DNA from: Epithemia pelagica
Taxonomy: Eukaryota > Protista > Bacillariophyta
Length of the DNA stretch: 64,000 nucleotides
Reading direction: 5' to 3'
Assembly (NCBI GenBank): GCA_946965045.2
Contig: OX337235.1
Coordinates: 3,038,001-3,102,000, forward strand
The notes beneath the pieces were generated by a model that was not told the origin of the DNA, did not search any database, and was given only the letters and a program-made list of their open reading frames with translations. Shown piece after piece: positions 54,650-64,000 of the stretch (its first letter is position 1; every line of letters starts with the position of its first letter). The position numbers were made by a program, and so were the translations under genes.

Positions 54650-55636
54650 ATGGAGGAAGAGTTCAAGACAGTGGATGATGTCCAGAAATGGCTTTCGGAG
54701 GAACGGAACGTACCAACGCCAGTCGCTACTTCCGTCGCTACAACTTTGTTTGCAAGCGGCTATGTCTATCCGTCCACGTTACTTAATATCCACTGGGAAG
54801 ATGTGTTACTGCTGAATCTCAGTCCACCCCATCGCAGCATGTTGTTTAACAAGCTTCAGGCATCGCTTCCAGAAAGGTCTGGTCAGCAGCACATAAACGT
54901 CGCAGATGGAGTCTTCATTCTGTATCGGGGAGAAGACACGGACGCCGAGCCGATCGGAACAGCATTTGCAATTTCCGATAAGCTCTTGTTGACAGCATGT
55001 CACAACGTCGTGGTCAAGTCGAGAGATGAAAAGGCCGACTCGGTGGTCCTGGACCTGAAGATCACAACAATTGTCAGAAGATTGTCGGATGGAAAAATTT
55101 CAGCAGAATCGCCAACAAGATTTGTCACTGTGCACACATACAATATTCTTGTTGATTGGGCATCCTTAAAGCTTCACGACGGAGCTCCAGCGCTGCCCTT
55201 CGCCATTCCGCTAGCCACTTCCAAGTCGGACATTCCTACCCCTGCTACTCTTGAAAAGATCCACATTTACCATTGTCCTCTACAATTGTTTCTCGACGAT
55301 CTAGAGTTTGATACATGTCACGTAATGCAAAAGGAAGCATCTGTCGGAGTGATTGGTTCCAAAACCCTCACGTACCAAAATGGAGGTTTTCCGGGGTCTT
55401 GCGGTGGACCATACATCTTCCGAAACAAAGCAGTTGCCCTCCATACAGAGTCTGTAAGCACAACCAAGACAGCGCAAGAGATCAAAACAGAAGCATCTAG
55501 AGCTGGGAAAAAGCGAAAGCTTCGAGAAGAGGAAATTACTCGAATGATGGTGGATAGCTGTGTTTCGGACCACGCGAGTCTTGGAAGTGGGATATTGCTG
55601 CATGCGAGGAGTGGTATCATGGAGCTTTTGAGGTAG
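54650..55636 (+). CDS. SAM-domain + trypsin-fold peptidase with Cys nucleophile (328 aa)
   Basis: SAM-like TVDDVQKWL...LSPPHRSMLFNKL; IGTAFAIS..LLLTACHNV (His 55001), DWASLKL (Asp 55154), PGSCGGP (Cys 55400). Confidence 0.8.
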   Translation: MEEEFKTVDDVQKWLSEERNVPTPVATSVATTLFASGYVYPSTLLNIHWEDVLLLNLSPPHRSMLFNKLQASLPERSGQQHINVADGVFILYRGEDTDAEPIGTAFAISDKLLLTACHNVVVKSRDEKADSVVLDLKITTIVRRLSDGKISAESPTRFVTVHTYNILVDWASLKLHDGAPALPFAIPLATSKSDIPTPATLEKIHIYHCPLQLFLDDLEFDTCHVMQKEASVGVIGSKTLTYQNGGFPGSCGGPYIFRNKAVALHTESVSTTKTAQEIKTEASRAGKKRKLREEEITRMMVDSCVSDHASLGSGILLHARSGIMELLR

Positions 55637-56371
55637 ACACTCTTGGCGAACCATCTTTTCTCGAAGCTCGTTGTGGTAGTTAAATTATCTGGTACCTGTA
55701 CAGATGACGGAACCGATTCCGTATCAAAGAAGCACCCATTGGCTATCAACAAGGACCAAGAGTAGGGACAACGATTGAAACCCTGGACCGGCGTTCCAAC
55801 CGCACAATGGCAAAAGAGACGGTCTTGGTTGAACAGGCCATGCAAATGTCGGAGGGCTACCTATGCGAAGACTTACTGTCAATGGCGCATTCAGAGTACT
55901 CTCAAAACGCAGCTTTTGTTGCTGCTCTCCGTTCGGCTAATGGATCGGAAACTGAAGTCGGAAGGGAGTGAAGTATATACATTATTGTAGTAGTCGATGT
56001 CAATCTATTTTCCATGTACGATGCGATTCGTACTTACTACTCCAAAAAGAGTCATTAATCTCACGATTTTAAAGAGACAAAGGGAACTACCTTCCAGTAA
56101 TTCTCTTTGGCATACACAAAGAAACGATTCCGTTCCGAACGGATCGAACCTCATAGTGTGGGGGTACAATGATCGAGACGGGAATGGCACAGAATATAGG
56201 TGTACCACTTATCCAATCCAGATAGATTTGATACCTCCGAATCATCTCTCGTAACATTGCTCAAAGTCATTGAGGAATGATGAACCGTCGTTCACATACT
56301 TTCGTTGAAGGTATTTCACGAAACAGGGGCACACAGTGAACTTCTTCGAGTCCCGTCATGTTGAATACCCA

Positions 56372-57981
56372 TCAATCTGCGTCTAGATTGACGGACACAA
56401 ACGAGCGCATATGTTCCGAGTGTTCAGTCAAGTCAAAGTCCCGTATATGAACGACCGATGCCTCGAATGAAGCGAAGTAATAGCCCACTTCTCCAATTTT
56501 TGAAACCTTGTCGCACAAGGACCGAAGGAGGACGCACAAGGCACAGGGACGTTCAATGGATGCCATGACCACGCAGTAGATCAAGATTGGCAGGAACTGA
56601 TCGGCTCCAAGTTGCTTTATGGAATGTTCTTCCATTTCGTTTCGATTTCCGTCTGAATGATCTTCACAAGCAGCTTTCTTCCGTAAACGTTCATTCATGT
56701 TTGTACAGATCCGAGAAATTTCTCTTGCCGCCTCCACAATGGCACGGAGCTTGGCACAGGGCAAGGTACTTCGTTCGACATTTTCTTTGAGAATGGCGGA
56801 GACGGACAGCCATGTATCCGGTCCGCCATCGACGGGAGGTACATTGCTGAAATAGGAAACCGGCCGTTTGCGAAGCTCGTTGATTTTGAAGTGAACCTCC
56901 ATGTCTGCGTGACGCCAGCCGTTCACCAACCAACGCGAAACAACGCTGCGGAGTGGAACATAAGCTTCCACTTCTACCTGCTCCCGCACCGCGTCTCGAA
57001 CCAAGGCGTTCCACGCAATCTCTCCTTTCTTACCATGAAAGCACCCGCTATAAACAAGGGACGAGAACGTTTCGTGCATGGTGATGGAACGAAAGTCATC
57101 TGTACATCCTTCGAGAATGGTAGACTGAAGAAAATCCAAAAACTTTTCAAGTGTAGCCAAATCCTTAACTGCCATTTGCTGGAGGGTAGCTACTCCTTGA
57201 GACTCAATGCCTTCAAGATCTTGAAGTGACGGACATTTCTGCCGCATGTTCTCCACAAAATCATCCACAATATACGCCAATGGCTTTAGCAGGAATACGC
57301 GATAAGTGTAGAACTGAAAACTTCGTTTCAAGGCATTCTTCATGCTTAGATCAAGGTTGGAAGTCGTCTCGTCCCGGGACTCGTATCCGACAACAGGATG
57401 GAATTTCACGGTCTCGCAACCCAAGAATGATTGGACATGTATCGCGACTTCGCCCGTGGAAGCATGGAGTTCATGATCATAAAGGGAGCTGCACAGAGCA
57501 CGGAGAAACTTTTCGAGTTGCCAGTATCGACTTTCCAACAAGGCGGGTGTATTGGAGCGAGGACTGCCAAAAATCGACTTGGTCTGTCGAGGAAAGGGCA
57601 GCTTCCCAAACCGTGGAATCAGACCTGCCGCAGCATGTCGAAGGTCGGCAAAGTCTTCAAAGTAGCGAACGGGGGCGTACCATTCCTGTCCGGATTCAAC
57701 GTCATAGACCCATATTGTATAGGCCGTTCGATTGCCTTCTGTAAAGTGAGGTCGTACATGGCGGTCTCTATTATCCCACAAACAGTCTCAAGGCCACGAC
57801 ATGCGTTCAGGGACGACAGCAACTGTACGAGTATTGTGAGCAGCGCCACATTGAGTGTGACAAGATTGGTAAATTGGTGGTTGCCACCGACCCGAGTCAG
57901 TTGCCCAAATTGAAGGCCTTGCTGGAACAAGGTCGTCGCAATGGGTATCATACACTTTCCCTGGTGACGCCAGAAACGGTC
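56372..57981 (-). pseudogene. PX + VPS9 (Rab5-type GEF) gene, 5'-truncated, with in-frame TGA at 57788-57790
   Basis: PX: AYTIWVYD...VRYFEDF..LR...LPFP...RYWQLEKFL; VPS9: KLRAI...GADQFLPILIY...GEVGYYFASF. The frame is open upstream of the TGA to at least the SART1 junction near 57981; no own promoter or ATG evident. Confidence 0.72.
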
Positions 57982-60198
57982 CAATTCCTTGTCTTTGGCC
58001 GTGGCAGTCCTCTCATCAATCTGTACCACCTGGGAAAGATCCATTGCCTCATAATCTTCATAGGTACGTTCGTCCTTGGCTCGGCCACGCTGCTCTTCCC
58101 GTCCCGCATTCTTTCGGGTAATTTCCCCCGTCTGCTTTAGAATGTTCAGTACACCTCCTAGACCGCGTCCCATAGTAACCGCAGATCCAGTGGTACCGTC
58201 GAGCCCTCCTATGGCCCCATTCTCGTCGGCTAGTTCCTCATCTGTGGCCGCCTTGATTTGCTCGGCGAGTTGCGCCATTTCTGTAGCGTCCATACCAGGG
58301 TCTTTGTCGAGGTCGTCTTCGTCCTCCTCTTGTTTGATACGAGGAACGTCTTCGTCCATTCGTTCGTCTGTTTGTTCCGCTTTGACAACCGCGGTTGCCG
58401 CTTTGCCTTTATAGGTGCCACGTTCACTTTGTTCTTGACGAGCGCGAAGGGCCCGTGTGAATTCTCTCGTTTCATCGACAGCAAAGACAAGTTTTGTGCC
58501 TCCATCCCCTTCTTCTGTTTCCTGTGTAGGAGATACCGTTGGGGCAGACTGAACGGCTTCCACAATGGCATCTTCTCCCAACAACAAACCCTTCTTTTTC
58601 GAGGCCATTTCTTTGAGTCGATTCAACCTTCGTGCCTTGGCAAGAGCTGCATTCAAAAACGCATCATCCGGTTCCTCTTCCTCATCCATGGCTTCTACCT
58701 TGCGTTGCTTCTTTTCTGCAAAAGCCTGCCTCGTGCGTTCATTGCCTTTCTCCATGATAGCGGCGTATCGGTTGGACTTGTCGGTTTCTCCATCTTCCTC
58801 ACCCAAAGTGCCACGTTGTTCGGAATCATGGTTGTCATTGTCATCATCCGCCAGCCGACGCTTACGTGGTAAGACCAACGTTCCTTGAGTTTGGGCAGCT
58901 TGCTCAAGATCCGCCAAAAGAGAGTTTTCCGTCGCTCGGGGCGGCACAGAGTCATCGGGGTCTTCCTCATAGGCTTCCGATTGCTGCCTGCGATGTTTCC
59001 GTTTCTCCTTGTCTTTTTTCTCCTTCTTTTTCTTTTTGAATTTTGAACTTTTCTTTTTCTTCTTCGTGGCATTCAATTCGTCATCTTCCTCCGTCGTCAT
59101 AAAATCCGAAGCGGTGCTCCGCTCCGGCGCAGACGAGTCCAACGAGATGGCCTTGCCCGACTGGGAGGCGAACAAATCAGAGCCGGTGGCAAGCTCATCT
59201 TGCTCATCGAGCATGGCTCCAATCTGAAATCCAACTGCATGCCTGTTCCGACGACGCTTTTTGGACCCTCCATCCATCATTTCCTGTTTGGGACCATCGA
59301 CGCGGGCGGCGCGCGAGGGACCTTGTGTTCCACCAAGTTCCAGAAATTCATCGTCATCAAATCCAGCGTATCCACCGGCACGGCCCATTCCCAATTCGAC
59401 CTGTCGTTTCTCTCTCAATCCGTCTCTTTGTTTTTGCTCCTCGGCCAAATTGACATTCTCCAAGGCGCTTTCTTCTCTAGTTAATCCCAACACTTTTTTC
59501 GACGTATCATTGACATCGAGAATTTCAGTGTCCGCCAGCGTAAGAACGACGGAGCTTCCTCCTTGGATTTCGTGCATGGAATGAGCAACATTCATTCCTT
59601 TTAGGTCTTTTTCTGTGTATTCTTGCTTCGTCGAAGTACCTGGCTTGGATCCCGTTGACTTTGTTGTATCGTGCTGTTGTTTTGGTTGTTGTCGCATTTG
59701 TTTGGCCCAAGACAAGAGCGAAGAAGAGCCCTCTGTTTCCCCATCTTGATGACTGTCTACTGCAAGTGAAGATCCCTCAAATTGTTTCTCAATTCGCTGT
59801 TCGACCTCTCGTTTCAATTTCGACTTTTCGATGCGATCCGCAGCGGCTTGCAAATCACCCTGATTGGGTGCTGGAGCATGCATATCTTGTTGTTGGGATG
59901 TACTGGAATCATTTCCTTCACGCAGAGGCGCCAATCCCAGTTTTTCTCGCAACTTATTCGTCTCACTCACACTAAGCTCTAATACAACATCATCGTCTTT
60001 GGATCCTCCTCGGGGTTCACGGTTGCGTTCTTGGGATGACAGCGGCGCATCATCATGAGCACTACTGCGATCCGTAGCACGAGATGCTACCTCCCCTGGT
60101 TCTGAAGTAACACCACGTAAGGGTGCCAATCCGAGTTTCGATCGAAGCTTGTTTGTTTCTTCAACAGACAGTTCAATCACTTGGCCCGAAGACGTCAT
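57982..60198 (-). pseudogene. SART1: U4/U6.U5 tri-snRNP protein SART1/Snu66, lacking its conserved C-terminus
   Basis: Two HIND motifs (LSVEETNKLRSKLGLAPL, LSVSETNKLREKLGLAPL), ENVNL, GLGGVLNILKQTG; homology ends at AKDKEL and the frame then runs ~120 unrelated codons to the stop at 57619. Confidence 0.82.
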
Positions 60199-60916
60199 GG
60201 TTGATAGGCTGGGATGCTCCACGATTGCGAGACAAAAAACGTTTTCGGGGTATCGGAATCGGAAATGAGGGGTTCCGATTGATGGAGCCCCCCAATTATT
60301 ACCAGACCATGTCCTCTCAGTACCCCCCAGAGTGGGTATCTTTGAGTGTGTAGTGTCAAGGAAATTACTTCCCCGCTGGGGAATAGTCCTTCGAGTCCCA
60401 GCACTTTTTTACTCCCTAGCAAATGTGAGAATTCTATAGTCTGTCCCTCAATATATTTATTGATTCTCCTTGTCTCACTAATCGCTAGGAAGTAGTTACC
60501 TATCATTCGTCATACCTTAACAGTCGCTTTTCCGACGACCCCGTCGCTCTTGATTGTCATTTATTCGACTGAGTTCAGAATGAACGTGTCGGGTAAGCCG
60601 GCAGGCTAAGGGGGTCTGGGGGTGGAAAAACATCAAAGACTAGAAAAAACTTTTTTAGCTCAAGAGTCGAAATTCAGTACTTTACACCAAAACCTTCCCA
60701 TGTTAGGCAAAAAACGCCGGGCCCGAAGAAAAACAATGATCGAAGAACGGTCATCCATTGTTTTATCAATCCATTAAATAATAACCATTTCACCACGCTG
60801 TTCCACGTCAGAATCACGCCCAACGAACCAACCCACGAAACATCTCCCCACGTCCTCTAGTGAGAGTAGCAACTATGTCACTAACACCTAGCCAAACATA
60901 GTTGTGCTATCTCTCA

Positions 60917-61488
60917 GTAGCTAGGATTGAGTACAATAGGTCCCACGCATCTATTAGGTTCTTACTTGATTGCATCAAGTATATCCCATGTCGACTCCAG
61001 TTTGGTTGCCATCATAGCTACCCCTAGTATCTCTGGAGTCCAAGTCGACTCCATTGGAGTATCCATCGCAAATTGGATCTGAGTCTTGGATTCAGTCATG
61101 AATGACATAGTCGTCTGCCCATCATCCGAATCACATTCGGGTGGTTGTATGAGTAGTGAGTAGCTATGCTATCTAGTAGACCGCTAGCGACACTCAGAAG
61201 AGGTAGGAGTAGATCCGGACCTAAATGCTGGTGATTCTGTCACCAATTGGTTTTGGTAGGAAAGCAGCAATCTCTTGGTAGCTAGGATTGAGTACAATAG
61301 GTCCCACGCATCTATTAGGTTTCTACTTGATTGCATCAAGTATAATCCATGTCGACTCCAGTTTGGTTGCCATCATAGCTACCCCTAGTATCTCTGGAGT
61401 CCAAGTCGACTCCATTGGAGTATCCATCGCAAATTGGATCTGAGTCTTGGATTCAGTCATGAATGACATAGTCGTCTGCCCATCATCC
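60917..61488. repeat. 211-bp direct duplication (60917-61127 and 61278-61488; period 361)
   Basis: GTAGCTAGGATTGAGTACAATAGG...GTCTGCCCATCATCC twice, near-identical. Confidence 0.93.
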
Positions 61489-63129
61489 AAAGCAAATGAA
61501 TCGACTTTGGGGGCCGGCAATTTTCAATCATTAAATTTCATAGTAACGTTCATGTTCAGCATCGGGGGTGTAAAGAAGGGTTGGATGAACTAGAATCCAG
61601 AAAGGCTACAAGCTGAGTTCAAGCCGAATGTCAACGACGTAGCGCTTAGTAGGAAATCTACGTATATCACGCCAGCCATCTAATTACTATAGCCCTTATA
61701 ATTATGCCTCTAATGTGAAAAGTGCTTCCTAAACTCGACAATCTCGCGTTCCCCCAGAAAAACTTCGTTTTGTACGAGACTATCGTGCGTGGGGTGCGTC
61801 CGATCATCACTTCATTGGGGATGATGCCAACCGCATACCTTGTTGCCCCATTGGTGATGGCCTAATAACACCCTTAGGCACCTTGATACAGCTCGGCAAC
61901 AAGGTACGCGGTTGGGACGGCCCTCCACCGACCCTCCACCATGGTCAACACAGTCGACTGTTTTTCGTAATTTTTGATGAAAATCTAGCGTTCGGAAGAA
62001 ATCACATATAACACTAAAGGTAATAAAATATTTCTTGCAACCACTAGGACGTCGCGTGTCGGACATTAGAAACGCGAAGCGCTATCGAGGATTACTCCTC
62101 TGGTACAAATTCTACAGGGGCCTACGTCGTTGATGTAAACTCTGAACTCAGCTTGTATGCTTCGAAGCGCAGCCTTAACCCTAATTACGATACCCATCAT
62201 GTGGTATCTCTTGTTTCTCCTCTTTGATTCTCTCCCGTCTTATGTGAGATGTGAGCCATTGCGATAGAAAGGCTTGAAAGTGAGGAGTGAGGAATGTGGG
62301 GGTAACCCTATAGTTGGTCAAGAGCCTACAGATAAAAATTGAGGGAGCGATGTACGCTGAAGTTAAATGGGGGGTCCAGGGCTATGGGGGGTCAGGAATT
62401 TGCAAATTACGGGTTGGCAGCCCATAAATGAAGTCAACTCAGCTTTTAACTTTGAAGTCAGTTCTTGGTTCTGCGGTAGGCAGTAAGCAGTCACGCATCT
62501 TCAGCGCTGGAGATCCAGCGCTAGAGAATCCCCAGCAAAGATTTTCTGTTGCGTGTATACGTTAGTCACCGTAGTCTTTTCTCTGCACTGGTCACTTTTA
62601 TCCTTTCTCATTTGTTTGTTTCATACTGGTCACTCTGTGTGATTCATTTGCTCCACACAGCCTTCCAAAGTGCCTGATTGCAATAACAATGATGACTCTT
62701 CAACTGTGGAAGAGTGCAATATGGATAGCAGTCCGAAGCACACCCCCAAAATGAAGGTTCTGTAAGAGGACACCTATCAGTGTATTCTTGAAAGGAGATA
62801 ATATTGACATGGCAACAAAACAAAAAGATTCTGCTGGAGACCAAGCAACTATTCCACCACTGGAAAGGAAAGCTCTCACCAAGATAAGTGCTCTAGGAGT
62901 AGTTACTAGGAGTACTCCCCTAGCTAGGCATTTTTATCATGGTAGCACAGGTAGTCTTATCTCCAGCGGATGCGCATACCTAGTTCCAGCAGAGACCTCT
63001 CCAGCGCACTCTAGCAGAGATGAGCTGTTGCGGGACCGACCTCTACTTGAGATCTTGGAACACACAAACTCAACAAATTCTTGAAAAAGGAACAATGGAG
63101 TTCCAATTCAATTGCCACAAAAGTTCTGC

Positions 63130-63450
63130 AAATTGACTTTTTACTTTTTCAGAAAGAAAAGTCGACTTAAAGTCAGAAGTCAGAAACTAAGATATTATTG
63201 ACTTCCACGATTCGAGGTACGAGTAATGGTAGAAGTCGCGGCTCACGCTGACGTTGGAAGGTCATAGTTCAGAACTTGACTTAATGAAAAACGTTAAGTC
63301 AAAGTTGAAAATGTGGTGCTGTCCAACTTGATTTCACTGAGAAAAGAGAAAAGTCATGGGATCTCGGCTGGAAATTGACTTGACTTTCATGAAAAAAGTT
63401 AAAAGTTGTTAATTTAAGCTTAAAAGTGTAAAACAGTCAAGTAGAACTTC
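63130..63450. repeat. AT-rich region with clustered AAGTC/GACTT motifs in both orientations (possible TE remnant)
   Basis: About a dozen AAGT(C/T)/(G/A)ACTT motifs, e.g. GACTTTTT...AAAAGTC; no ORFs. Confidence 0.4.
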
Positions 63451-64000
63451 AACACTCAACACTCTGGTTGCGTTTTGCGTGATCACTGAACTCAGCCGTT
63501 CCATCCCGAAGGGTACTGTCCGTCATCCGCTCGTTAGGTGGTCCGTACCAACTCGTGCTTCCCCGCCGAGAGCGTCCGAGGTTGGCCTTTGAAATATGTA
63601 CTGCCAACCTCGGACGCTCCAGCCGGAACGCGGGCTCAAATTAGGAGGAGCTGCGCGCGTGTTTATCTGGGCGGGCCAGTTTGCTGCCTGCCTCCATGTC
63701 TTCGATCGACTTGTTCGCCGTCGTCAAAGACCACAAGAAAGCGGTTGCAACCATAATTCTCTCGAACTTTGCCGTATTGTAGGCATCGAGTATACGTCAT
63801 GTCTGTCTGGGTTCAGCTATATTACGAGGGAAAGGAAAAACCGGCGGGCCATCCCATTAACATTAATCCAGCACCTAAAGATGTTGCTGACTTGACGAAG
63901 GAAGTAAAGGCAGAGCTACCACATTCCCTCAGCCATTGTGATGCGGCAAATCTTTCCGTGTACCCCCCCGACACCGATGTGACGATTGAAGGCTACGAAG

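Noticed and set aside
61500-63100. Possible decayed transposase or ncRNA in the terminal region
   Set aside because: No motif-bearing frame or tRNA/rRNA-like structure found by eye.

Overview
Eukaryotic, gene-dense, TE-rich window, most likely from a pennate diatom (inferred from a CoDi-type Ty1/copia element, bipartite plastid-targeting peptides, diatom-type LRR membrane proteins and a stramenopile-type Crypton). Mobile DNA: (i) a full-length ~8.1 kb tyrosine-recombinase (YR) retrotransposon of Ngaro/PAT architecture (A1-gag/pol/YR-B1-A2-B2, 2742-10822, minus strand) with a CCCH-finger Gag and gag-pol in one frame separated by a single TGA; (ii) a nested cluster at 12.3-21 kb: a ~2.1 kb duplication carrying a divergent papain-like protease, a 515-bp GC-rich MITE, a Stowaway-like MITE in a TA site, and a Crypton-like YR+GCR1_C transposon inside that MITE's right TIR; (iii) a complete but decaying CoDi copia element (47964-54532) whose PBS looks like a half-tRNA site. 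Host genes: USP14-type Ubl-WD40 protein (partial), RHS/Crinkler-like NTPase fragment, three GDPD-membrane-domain-like paralogs, a 4-exon multi-PB1/TM/CBM-like protein, two Mpv17/PMP22 paralogs, two very large acidic-IDR/TM/LRR proteins, a SAM-domain trypsin-fold protease with a Cys nucleophile, and a 3'-truncated SART1 joined to a 5'-truncated PX-VPS9 gene. No rRNA, tRNA or CRISPR array was seen. All family calls are by-eye motif recognition; no searches were run.
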